Source: Trichoplax adhaerens
Taxonomy: Eukaryota > Animalia > Placozoa
Assembly (NCBI RefSeq): GCF_000150275.1
Contig: NW_002060943.1
Span: 6,034,008 to 6,098,007 of the forward strand
Direction of reading: 5' to 3'
Length of the DNA stretch: 64,000 bases
Shown here piece after piece: positions 1 to 13,000 of the stretch. Each line of letters begins with the position of its first letter. Positions within the stretch are counted from its first letter, which is position 1. Made by a program: the position numbers and the translations under genes. The notes beneath the pieces are model-generated. The model was not told the DNA's origin. It saw only the letters and a list, made by a program, of their open reading frames with translations, and ran no database searches.

Positions 1-1366
1 AAGTTCTATCAAAAGCCTCAATAATTAATTAAACATGCATACATTGTAGTACTTATTAATTTTATTGGCAGTCTAGAACTGAAGTTCAAGTACTAAAAAT
101 ACGTCATCCCTATTACTAACTTTATTCTTAGCTGTAATGCAGTTGACATACATTAAAGTGTCTTATATCACGTATCTATGCATAATTTTGCGACAAATTT
201 TTTGCTCGTAGTTTATTTTTTACACATGTACGAGTGCTGTATATCGCATACTCAATCTTGAGGATCGGTTATATTTAGCTCACACTATTATGTGATAGTT
301 AAGCTGATAATAATAAGGTTGCCGTTAATTAAATGAGAGAGCAAGAAAAATGGCTTTAAGGGCTGACTCTATAAATGTAAATAAGTCAAATGCGCTTATT
401 GTATTTTCAGCTTAAACTTAGAATTAGAAATCAACTTATACGCGTATGAGCTACCAAATGTGATAAGCGTCGATGGGAAAGTCAATTTAGCCAATCAACA
501 TATCCGTACATACTTACTTTCATTGCTATACAATTCAGCATTCCAAAAGTTAAAAGACTTTCGAGTAATTCATTTTGAAATTTGAACTAAGACGGAAATT
601 GTAATGGATACCATAAAAAATTGCTTTTATCCATGGATAAGTGGATATACCGTGTAAAATCAGTAATACCGAAATAACAATTTTAGGCTATTGAAATCAA
701 AGAGGAGCTGCATTTTGGTGACCATTTCAGCAATATACCCGCATTTCTTGTGATTGTACTAAACGCTGTCAAACTTTTATAACTCCAATTTAAAGCAACA
801 TACAGTACCAGTGCATATACATTATAATTGAGAGAATTCTTAAAGCTACCGACAGATAGTGGTCTGAATTGTGAATTTATATTACCCAAAGTGCAATTGT
901 AATGGCTTTCGCATCAGTACAATCTGGCCTTTATTTCGAATACGCGAACGAGTATCCTACAGTAACACTAATCACTTAGCTCACGATTATTACTTAATTT
1001 CTAAGGATGGCCAAAGAGAATACAGTTAAAAGGATGTAGTAAAATGATACAATGTTCAAATTATGAACGCTTCAAAATTACAGATATATAATTATAAACC
1101 AACGTCAGGTGTAATCCTTAGTACACAGTGAGATAAAAATTAGATGCGCTTCTCGTAAATAATACCTTTTACATTGCACGGGCATGGCATAATAACACAC
1201 CGTAGCTTATTACAGTATTTGCAAAAAGCAGAACGCAATTTAGCAAAATATCATAATGTTATTTTAGGATATTTTGTATGTGAGGGACAATATTCTGTCA
1301 TAGCTTGGTAGTATGTAAAAAATTTTTAGCGTGCAATGATGAAACTTAGTAAATGTTGATTTAAAA

Positions 1367-3513
1367 TTATCGGCGAGGATCCGTTTCTTCACCGGTACGG
1401 ATTTTTATTTTGTCGAATTGGTTACGGGCAGCATCTCTAACTTTTCTTTCATATCGCTAAAATTTAGGTTATCAAAAATGTTTTACTTAAAAAAATTTCG
1501 CAACTGAGACTTGCCCCTCAAAAATTCCTATAAAGTAATTAATAGCATATTTTAATATTTACCTCTAACTCCTCCGGGGTCATTCTTTCAAAATCCTTGT
1601 CTTCGTTAAATGTTTCCCAACCTTCATCTTTTTTAAATTCCGCTTTCTTAGTAGATTTGATAAATTCGTCCAACGAGACTAAGCCGTCTTTGTTTACATC
1701 GATCTATATCCAAAGCAAATACACTTATTATATTATCTTTCACACATACTATTATAGGGAATGCTGTAAATTCTTCTTGAAAACATAACATGTAAATTGC
1801 TAAAATGCCTATGCACGAAGACTACTAAAGATAGTTTACTTAGATACCTCAGTAGATACATGTTGCCTCATACGTTGTAATTCTTCTTTTAATTCTCTTT
1901 CATCATATGCATCTTTATGATTACCAACTAATTTGGAAACCTAATTTAACAAATCATCAGGTTTCAGAAGATTTGAAACAATTATAAATTGAGCATCAGA
2001 ACTCAGATTAGTACCAAGACGATGCCTAACCTCTTTTCGGAGAACGGCTTCTAATTCGACGTTATCTAAATGTCCGTCACCGTTCGTATCTAAAATGTCG
2101 AAAAGTGTTGATTAGAGAGGGCTGAGATTTTCTACTAGTTATATAGCCGTATCCACGCAATACACTTATTTCCTAACTAGATATATTTATATCAAGGCAT
2201 CTTTGAAAGGATGAAATGGACATGGGTTATTTGTAATTAATTTATCCACTATTTTGTGCAAGGTGTAAACAATACTTGGTGCGCATATATAGCTATTTAC
2301 CATGAAGTCTAAAAAATGCATCAGGGTTGAATTCTTGATTTTGGAAGCCATCTTCTTTTTCCCACACTTCCTGTAGTTGTTCTTTGCTACCCTGTATGTA
2401 AAGTAGGTGGTTTAAAATATTAATATCAGATAATGAGTTAGAGCAAATAGGCATTAAGTATATCGTTTAAGTTAGAACAGCGTCTATTAATGCTCTTAGT
2501 AGTCGCGAGGACTAACAACATTACTGACTACATTGTCTAAAATTTATTCTTTAATTGGTAGGATGATATCATACCGGATGATGCAATTTAGGATGATCTT
2601 GCATATCCCGCAAATGCTTTGCATAATTGTCTTCGGCAACTTTCTTTTGGTCCGGATTCATTTTCTCTAGTTCTTTCTTTCTTAATAACTCCTTTTCTAA
2701 TTCATATCGAAGGAATGCCTTGTGTCTTACATCATCAGTTTCACGTAATTTTTTGTTTGCCTGTATAGCGAAATTATAATTTAGTCTTTCGATTAAGACG
2801 ATACAGTACCAACATATAGTACAAGGAATGGTGTCCGGTGTGAATAATTAATTGGAGAAGAGTCAACGTAGCTAAAGTGACCACTGAAATTTACAACCGG
2901 TTGAAGATATCTGCAATCAACTTACCTCCTGTAGTTTTTCGTTCAGTTCTTCCATAGTGTACCTATTATCATCACTATGATGCAGGCGAAATGATTCTGG
3001 ATGTTCTTCGCGTTCGTTAGCTTCCTGAATTTGGTGTTCTAAATCACGTTGATGACGGACTTGATCATATTCTTGGTCATCGAATCTATCCAGCATTTTC
3101 TCATCGAGATCGCGGAAAGCAGGATTAGCTAAATCTCGACCAATAACATCATCATCTAAACCTTTGAACTTGTTGATTAAATCCGGTTGATCTCTTAGAA
3201 ATTGGAAGGTATCGTCATAATTTTCTTCTGGCTCTTGATGATCAGTATTCTGTTGATCAGTCTTGTGTTGATCCATGTTTCGTTGATCAGTCTTGTGTTG
3301 ATCCATGTTTTGTTGATCATGAGCCATCTTTGAATCGAGTTGTACGGATTTATCAACGCCAACATCTATCTTGGTTTTCTCGATATTGGTGACATCTTCT
3401 TTAGGCACTTCTTTAACTTTATCGGCTTTCACCGGTAATCGTGGTGGAGCAGCATCGATTAAGATTACAAGTCCAACCGTAATCAATAGGATAACGCTAA
3501 CTAACTTCTTCAT
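1367..3513 (-). CDS. NUCB: Nucleobindin (NUCB1/NUCB2-like) secreted/Golgi EF-hand Ca2+-binding protein; exons 3513-2926, 2760-2575, 2391-2301, 2089-2031, 1940-1848, 1703-1563, 1456-1367
   Basis: Manual GT-AG splicing gives a continuous frame: signal peptide MKKLVSVILLITVGLVILIDA, HPKLHHPGSKEQLQEVWE..DG..FNPDAFFRLH (nucleobindin hallmark), EF-hands DTNGDGHLDNVE and DVNKDGLVSLDE, MRQHV..EID and DEGWE motifs; stop TAA 1367-1369. Acceptor 5 nt upstream of the ATG implies a 5'UTR intron (donor ~3927). Confidence 0.93.
3238..3320 (-). repeat. 30-bp coding tandem repeat (DQxNMDQHKT x ~3) in NUCB exon 1
   Basis: tgttgatcagtcttgtgttgatccatgttt repeated; protein DQQNMDQHKT DQRNMDQHKT DQQNTDHQ. Confidence 0.9.
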
Positions 3514-4184
3514 CTCTCCTGTAAAGATATTGTCCCCAACATACAATAAATGTCATTAAATTAGCAGGAATGAATGGTTAAGTTATTGATCACTCGTTAC
3601 AGTACAGTCTTAATTGTTGATAGCATTCAATCGGATTAAAATGATAAATCCATTTTTTGATGATATCATGGATCAAGGGTAAAAAAAAAATGATCCGATT
3701 GAAGACACTATTGAAATCTAGATTCATTGATTTGCTAAACTATCATTTGAAAAATGCTTGGCGACATCATTATGCGTGTTCTCCTTCCTTTTACAGTAGT
3801 AGTACACGAAATTTACACGCTCTTTAATCCAATTAATCACTAACTTAACTCCTTCCAGTAAAATGAATCTCTCTTTATTGAAGTTTTATGCTATAATAAT
3901 CACTTTAAGCAGTTATGGCTCACTTACTGATCAATCCTTGGCAGTCTTTCCTTCACCGAAACTAACAACGATGATGATGATACGACGGGTGGAATATCAA
4001 ACTCCAAATGACAACGTCGGAGCTTTAAAACCAATTAATATTCCTCTCACCCAGGTACTTGTACTACCCTGCTGTGCATATAGTTCAGTATAGACGTAAG
4101 TGTTCTACTCTCGTCATCCAAATGCAATTGGCTCGTTTGATTACACGCACGCGCAGTACCGATGATGATGCAGGCAGATTTTCC

Positions 4185-4430
4185 ACGGTACAGTACGGTA
4201 CAGTACTGTGCTGAGTTTACAGTGTAATGTACTGTACTCTAGCGATCGAATACTGTACGGTATTGTACTGTACAGTGTACAGTACGTTCTACAACAGTAC
4301 TGTAGTAGTATTTACAGTACTGTACTGTACAGTAGTTGTCGTCGACTTGTCGATGTTAACGGTACAGTAGATTTGGATGACGTGGCATACTGGACAGTGT
4401 ACTGTGCACTGTGTGCAGTATGGTATACAG
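4185..4430. promoter_or_regulatory. (CAGTA/TACTG)-rich tract upstream of NUCB, putative promoter region
   Basis: Dense tacagtac/gtactgta units just 5' of the putative first exon; similar tracts lie upstream of HPS5 and TYMS. Confidence 0.55.
4376..4387 (+). promoter_or_regulatory. UPRE/XBP1-CREB3-type motif GATGACGTGGCA
   Basis: Exact TGACGTGG core at 4378-4385 in the NUCB upstream region. Confidence 0.4.
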
Positions 4431-5339
4431 TAGAGGGCCTCTAGTCAGTGGACGTGTCAAAAAGAAAGTGGCGTCTGTACGTCTGTACCAGTGCAGTTTG
4501 AGAAAATTCCCCTAGCTATTCAGTTATTATTGAACTAATTAATTTGATAATAATAAATAAATACTGTAAATCGTTTTCACATCCTTAGGATAGGCCAGAT
4601 ACGGTATAAATTAAACAGTTTAATCAATAGTGCTGGGAAAATTTTATTTTACTGTTAAAGCTTGAGCCATTGCTCTATACTAAATTGTCTTGAAGCTTAT
4701 TTTCTCCCTATTGCACCGTACTGTACTGTAGTTTATTTTGATGACAACTTTAATGTAACATTATGAAAGTGTGAGCCAACGAAAATAATTTAATAAATAT
4801 TATTTTGCACAGCACTGAACTGTATTATGGTCACAAGCTATAGCATGCCTAACCGGCAGCATCTCCCCTAAATTCCCAGGTCACAACTTTAGCTGCCACT
4901 GCATTGGCGTAGAAAACTATATTCATAGACCTCGAAGTTCTACAGCTTCATACTATAACTAGATCCTAGTATCTAACCTTAGATTTTTCTTGCATCTTGT
5001 AGATCTACAGTATAGACAGTATCTGACTATATAAGTATAAAGTATCTAATGCACAGGTTACACCATTGATCTTCACTAAATGAAAGTTCTTATGGCTTGA
5101 ACAACACTTCTTCTCAGTTAAATGACATTTGAAATCAATGCGGGATTGCAGTAGACATTATAGCGAATATCTTGAATATTAATTTGGTATAATTACTTTT
5201 ACAAATTAAATTTTGATCATTTCACTGCATAGATTGATATAAATAAAGAAAATGAGTTTGTGAGATTGCAACATCATTTCGGGCATTGACCATAAATGTA
5301 GTACTTCATGCTCGGGTTGAATATGGCCGTACGTTGATA

Positions 5340-5575
5340 GTGATATATAGGTTAATATACATACTGAACTGTAAAATGACTAGCAAAATCATCAGCCACT
5401 CAATTTCTAGTCGGTATATGCGATATCACTCCATTAAATATAAAAACCTAGTTAACCTCGAGGATTGACAGTGAGATGTATAATACTGTATCGTAAAATG
5501 AAATTGCAAAATCATCAGCTACTCCATTTCTAATCGGTAAAGGCGATACTATTCCATTAAATATGAAAACTTTTA
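5340..5575. repeat. Two-copy degenerate direct repeat, period ~123 bp
   Basis: gcaaaatcatcagc..atttcta.tcggta...gcgata...tccattaaatat at 5383 and 5506. Confidence 0.8.
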
Positions 5576-7086
5576 ATACCGGATAAAGTTATATAAAATT
5601 GTATACGCTCATGGCAACTCTAACTCACTCTAACGTGCGTCTAAAAAAAACGCGTATAAGAGTACTCTTCAACTTCAATATGTTTTTGCATATTTTATAA
5701 ATTTTATATTAGTGAGTTTTTGTTCCGTTGGTGGAACTTTGTTTATATATATGTATATGTACTGTACCAAAAGGATGTGATTACGTACGGGTACACTCTT
5801 ATGCGTATATAATAAATTAGTTTACTGGTACGATCGCTGATTATGGCGGTCCTTCACAGATACATTACCATAATCAATATCGCATTAATAAAAGTGATTA
5901 TTTGTAGCGCAATTTGCTATTCCTGTATCGATATATCTGTCATGTTTTAAATATTTTACTTTAATCAGATAAATTAAACTACGAAAGTCATCTTTATTAC
6001 AAAACTACTCTACATATACGAATTAGTACAAGATGTTGCATAATGTACATCAAAATTGAATATATAAGCTATATTCATCTGATAAAATTCATGACACCGT
6101 TTTTAATAGACTCGAATCATGGTAGCAATTTCATTGTAATTCAGATACTAAGCCATTCTTATCTTGAAATAGATTCTCAATTATGAAAATGAAGCCGTGT
6201 ATAAGAAGCAGTTTGAGTACTTCAACACAAAAATTTCAACCATTATTATTGACTGTAAATTGAGACACAATTTACGAACCTATTTTCCTGACCAAGTAAG
6301 CTGTAAAAGTATGGGTGCACAAATAATGGTTCGGTAACATACCTACATGTATTATGTAGCCAAAATATTCACAGCGAATACAATAATTAGCAGAAAAAAT
6401 CAAACACAGTATCAATTACAAAGAAAATGCTAGCTATATTCGCAACTGCATATGCGAATATAATGGGGTCATATATAAAGAATAATATTATAATGACCGA
6501 AATATTTCATCATCTAGCCCTAGTTGTCCAAAATATATTGGCGTCATATCAAGTATTGTCTATCTACGAAAGAACATTCTGCGGTACAACGATAAAATTT
6601 AGACAGAAAAGAAAAATTGAACATTGACGAAGGATCATACATAAATTTAGAATGATAAAATAGATTTTTCAATGGAATTTAAAATATATTCAAGATTTAC
6701 GTTCAATTGTATTCAAGTATTATATTTATATAAACAAAAGCGATAAATTTAAAGTCTTTGCAGACGTATTATGTAAGGTTTTTTAGATCAGATTTAGTTT
6801 GTAAACGTTGTCGTATCGACTATCTATGAATGAATATAAATTTCTATCACTTGCAAAATAACACTCTATATATAGCTAAGGAATTAATAACGCTCGGTAC
6901 TGTATGATATCAGTGTGAAACAGTACTGTACAACTCGTTAGCACGTTAGTAACATGATGTTGCCAAATAGATATCACAATATTTTATAATCTTACAAATA
7001 TAAAATGTATCTATGTAAATAAATTGAATATCTGTATGTATATACATTAAAAGAAGATAGGTTTTAAATTATTAAGGCGAAATAAT

Positions 7087-10000
7087 TTATAAATTTCCCA
7101 ATGTGTTTCTGGTTCTTTCAGCATCAATTATGCCTACGTTATTTTTTGTTGCGAGTATAGTCTTTCTTATATCTACAGTGCCCAAATTATTTCGCCTTTG
7201 GACAGATCCTCCAACTTTATTTGAGAGACTTTTTGTCAAACAAATTCGACATCCTAACTCAGGAACACATATCTTATGAAAAGCATGACCTATACATAAA
7301 GTATTAGAGCAAGCACAATTACAAACAATACCATCAAATAAGGTAAGTGAAATGTTGCATAATTATACCACAGTCAAAGGCAGCTAGTCCTTCTATATGT
7401 GTAGAAACATCCTCAGTTAACGGAACCTGGCATATAGGACAGGGACTATATAAAGTCAAAAAGCAACAGCAAATAACAGTTATCAGAAATTCACTTTCTT
7501 CTAAGATCGTTATAATTAGATGATAAATGAATAAGAAATAAACTAGTTTTTTTATTCTATTAGCTGTGTTACCTTTGTATATCTACGGTTGTTCCCCACT
7601 GACAAGCTTTATTAAAAATAATAGTGATATATTTTAGCAATTAGAATGAAAATTTAAAATTAATGAGAAGTGCGCATACCCATATTTTCAGGTGACCGAA
7701 ACATTTTTGCCGCTTCCTCGTAGTAAGCCTGCAATATGGATGATCATCTTTATTCTGCAACTTACATTTAACATTGCAATAGTGATCGAAGTATAGTAAC
7801 ATAGTTGCACGATACAAACCATTAAATTCGGATCTTCTAAATCTTGCTTAGAAAGATTGCTAGCTTTCTCTACCTCATTTATAGCGAGTATCTATTTTGT
7901 ATGAAGTTATTAAATTGAGAAAGTCTTAATCATCATATAAAAATTGGTTAAAATGAGACTACTCCAATAACGATAAATTAGGCAGGATAAAATCGTCATT
8001 AAAAACTAGTAAGTCATGCTTACATGGTGCGGTAAAGATTCACTTTGTTGGAGCCAATAAAATGCATCTACATGTTCAAGGATTTCGTAAACTGCAGATC
8101 TAGTAGTAACGATTCATACAGTTTTAAATGCAAGATCAAAAAATTGATGAACAATTTCAGAAAATACTTTTATAGCTTACTCCTCTTGTTTTTCAAGTAC
8201 GGCTATATCCATTATTTTAGCGAAAAATGTAGAAGGCAAGTAATTGCCTTCAAGTTTCAGTTCGGAAAGGATTTGTAATGCAGTACGTGAACCTTGCACA
8301 TTTAACAACCGTAAAATGGCATCTTCCCAGGTTATACTAACAGACCAAAAAATACCATTATCCAAAGTGATATTCTCTGGCAGCTGCTTATTGCAGCTTA
8401 AACAGTGCAATGTGACTGATTTGATTTCTTTCCCATCTTCATTTCGCAAGTGGAGCTTTCGATACAAGATCAACTTTCTTAGGAATAGTGACCAACTTTC
8501 TAAGTTATCAACTAAAAAATCTTAACAACAAAGTTTTGAACTATTTTAGTTTTTGCGTATTAGAGATGTACAGAAAATTGCTATAAAACATGAAAGAACT
8601 TTAATTGTTTGCGTATCACAGGAAATTATACCGGATGTGAAATGCATTCTAAAATCTATTGTTCTAACCTTCCTTGAATAGTGCCTTATCCATTTTATTA
8701 TAGATCAAATTGGCATCTCCTAATTGTGTAGCACACGCTACCGCTTCATCTAACATTTCTAAATGTAAGCATAAACGAATATATCCAATCCAGTATCTAA
8801 TAAAGTAAATAAATGCCAGTTAGACTAAAAGTTTTCTTAGTGAATTCTATATTTTTGAATAATTATTCGAAAGCAGTCATTAGCAGCTATACTTACCCAC
8901 TAGTTCTGCAGACCTTAAGTAAACTTCGTTTGGTGTGGGATGACTTAATTACATTTAAACATAAATCTAACATTTCATCGATGAACTCTTGTCCTCCCCA
9001 GCTGTAAAGATGAGCTCCACTCCTATGAATGAATGGCATGCGATGTATATTATCAAATAATATTAATGAAATTTAAAGATAATCTTAAACACCGACCTTG
9101 GATGACTACACAGACATTTCAAAGCAATTTCTGAACTATTTTTTGCATCCACGTATAGCATCGCCTCGAAAAAGAATACCACGCTGTCGTGATCGTTGCA
9201 AAAGCGTCGAAGTGCCTTCTTTCTCAACTTTAAGTTTAATGGTATATTCGTCCAGTAGCGAGAAAATGCTTTGTAAACAGTCGATATCTGCTCTTCTTTC
9301 TCTTGAAATGAATAAAATTCTACTTCATAGATTCTCATCATAAATAACTGAGCAATTTCCCAAAGATCAATATTTGATCGTACACTAGATAATAGTTCAG
9401 ATATTATCATCGGATCTTCTTTAATTTTTCTAAAAATAAAAAACACATGCAATATGTAAGAAACTAAAAATAAATGGAGCGATAATTTTACAGATATCCG
9501 TATTTTAAAGCAAGCATAGGAGTCCTATGACTGATAATTATAATCAATTTTTCTGCGACGCACCTGTAAATCAAATATAGTAGGTTTAATTCCTCTCCAT
9601 CTGCGTTCCTTAATTGTTTCGAAAGTTCTTGTCTTACTGTTATACCTACAAATATGATTAATCAATACTGAAAATTTTACCTCACGATGAAGCACTATAA
9701 ATCTGATGCGATATTTTATCCTTACCTTTACACAAACAATTGATAAGCGCCTGATATGTAATGGTTTTGTGATTAAATCGTAAAGCTAATGAGCCCCGTA
9801 CGTGCTTCAAGTCCAAGAGATAAAAGTACCGACATAAAAACACTGCAGCTTGAAAATCCTGGATACTATCATTATTCCAGTCACCATTAGGCGATGACAC
9901 ATACTGAAATAGCGATTTCTTGTCGATACCTTGATCACTAACAGGACTACCTAAGGGCTGATGGTAAACACAAGTGTCAAATGCGAGAGTAGTTAGATAT

Positions 10001-13000
10001 CTGATGTCTTCAATTGCTTTCAAATCAAAAATGGTTGGATCCAGTGGCATTCTAGTAGATACTGTGCACTCATTCATATTAGGACGGTAGTCTGTGCACG
10101 ATTCCCCATAAATTTCGTAGATTTCATCTAATTGTGTAAGCCATTCGCTAATATGGCAATAACTTTCCTCAAAATTGTATAGCAAATTACGATTTTTTAA
10201 TTTTTTCCTATAAGATTAAGATTATAAAGAGCAATGTCATGATACAATGGCCAATCATTTAAAGCTAAGAACATTAAACAGTACTCTAACGCTAATTACC
10301 TTAATTGTATAGTATGACTATGAAATTTTGCAATCTCGGCAGGGTATTTTGAGCTCGGATGGTAGATTTCTGATAAGAGGGATAAAGCATTATCGGTACA
10401 GTCTACGTTTTCTTTATCTTCTCTTTTGAGCTGAACGTCTCTGGGGACATCATTAGCAGGGGTAATACTTTGGTTTTCGGGAGAAGAATTGGAAAACTTT
10501 ACTGTAGGTTCGCTTTTATCATATCCGTTAGTTTCTCTATTACTCTCTTTCAATTCGGCGTTACCATTTAGATTTTCATCGATAATCTCAGGGTTACTAT
10601 CAGCCTTGTTGCTGTCGGTTTCCTTAATCTTTCTTATAGTAGTACTGCTGTTATCAGCGGCTAGATTAATCTGAGCAAGGTCTTCCTTTAAATTTTCTTC
10701 GATGTTACCATTATCATCTACTACTTTATTCCTTGATTTTTTGCCAGGACGTTTTTGTTTTACAGGAGTAAGTTTCTTCGGTGAAGCAATTGTCACGCGA
10801 GTAGATCTTCCTTTTCGTTTTACCCTCTCGACTACAATTACATCAGATTGATCATCGGCATTTAAAGACTGAATGTTTGTTCGATTGCTAAATTCTCCAG
10901 GAGTGTCCTTTACCAGAACTAATACATTTTCAGTAGTATTACAGGATGGATTATCATTCTTATCACTATGTGTATCTTCAGTTGTTTGTAGAATCGCCGG
11001 GGTAGCAGATGGATTGTCAAACACGGTACTGGGTGACTTGTCCAAAATTGCCGAACTGAACGCAGTAGGTGCTGTGTCCTTCACCGCATTAGGAGAACTT
11101 TTGACTTCACCATCAACATCTGTTACGGAGTTTTCTGTAACCCCAGTGTCGCTAATAGATTGATCATTATCTGCAGTAGTAATAACTTGCTTTGGGGTAG
11201 TAACTGATGCATTATCACTATCATTTAAAGCAGGTGGTATCTCAGCAGCCGTAGCAGAGCTAACAAAGAGTTCCTGATGAGTATAATTCTTGTTACCGAT
11301 AGCTTTCATTTTATTGCTCACTAGCGCATTTTTAAATTCTCCAGTTACTCGATTTTCAAAATCAAACTCCCCATCGGCTCGTGATGATAAGTCGCTTATA
11401 ATTGATTTTGAATCTGACATGAAACTTTCTTCTTCCGATGGTAGAGCTGCGCTACTATCCGATTCATCGTTTGATACGGTATCTTCCTGTTTAAAGCCCA
11501 AATAACGAGATGGATATAGGCCTTCTTGTTCACTCTCGGAGTAATATGATGTATAACTGCCTAATATTCGCCTTTCGCTCTGTGACTGTGCAAGTTTACA
11601 TAAATCTTCAAGCTGTTCACATATTAAGGGATCTATATCCTTAACCATATCCTTCAAGTTTTCTAACTTGGAGGCAGGCAAAACAGCTCTAGTGAATTCT
11701 AACATTATCCTATCGTTGTACTTGCAAGCAATCTATATATAAAACAATTGAATGCGTTTCAATTCAACTTGTCTATAGATATTTTAGATATTGGTGATAT
11801 TCAATCTCTGAACTGTTATATCAACAATTTACCCAAGCAGCCTGCTGCCAAAGACAGTTATCAATAAGTTTACTTATGCTATCTTCTGCTGATATCATGG
11901 TAAGCTTAACCACGCTTAACTGCTCGCTAGAGTCCGATAATAAGACATAGGTTTCACGGCCGAGAGTAATTACGTCGATAATACCTATTAACAAAATCAC
12001 TTCTATTCTAAGATTTTAATGCAGATTTAATGAGTAAACAAAATGGATTTACCTTCATAAGCGTTATACCATCCTATAACTTTGACAGATTGTGGATCAA
12101 AGACGTATAGCATAGAAGCAGCCCAAGTGATAATGAAACGATTTCTAAAATAATTCCGTTGATCGTTGCAAGATATTGTAGTTAATTTTACAAACGGACG
12201 AATATAATAAAATTCCGAAATTAAAATCGATGAGTAAGATCGTTATAATTGCTACTGTATATTCGTCTAAAATTCGCACCTAATCGGTTGTAATTTTGCA
12301 AAGTTCAATGACTGTGGATTCCAATTCCCATTAGAAGAATCTTTTGGTATTTGAAAATGTCGACTAGCAAAAATAGGTTAAATGTCAGTGTTGCTTTTAT
12401 GAAAATTGACTGAAATACTTTTAATTTATGATGATAAAATCTACTAACTTGATGCCTACGATAGGTAATGGTGGTACAGCTAATAAGTTCTTATATTGCT
12501 GTGTTGATAAGACCGTTCCTTCAAAATCGACCTAAAATCAACAATAATATCTGTATACTAAGGATAAAAATTACCAATCAGTAATGTGTATGAGCTTTAG
12601 GGCAGAATCTACCTTCCATAATCTCGAGCCAGGCCGGGCACAATAAATAAATGGAGTAGCATTTTGCGATCGGTCATTAGTACCATGACAGAAACAGCCT
12701 CCGTACATTCCGTTCCTAGATTGAGTAATTGTTCCATATAAAATGTAGACACTAGAAACTTTTATTTTGATATCATGCAGAGTCTAAAACCAATGCATTA
12801 TTGGAGAACTACTTACCGCGGTTTTTTGCCTACTTGGGCAGCTTGTTCACTGTAAGATAGATTGTATGAATTAATATTTGATAAAGCTAAGAAATTTTAT
12901 TTCATCAAATCTCCTACAGATTGCTCGAATAATTTAAGTGGCTGCTCTTTTGATTTATTACCTATTTGCAATTGTTACCAAAATATATCGCCTCGTTTAG

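Noticed and set aside
4208-4444. Y/C/V/T-rich ORFs here and at 15683-16087
   Set aside because: Artefacts of CAGTA low-complexity tracts.
8045-11505. Plus-strand ORFs overlapping HPS5 exons
   Set aside because: Antisense shadows with no recognisable motifs.
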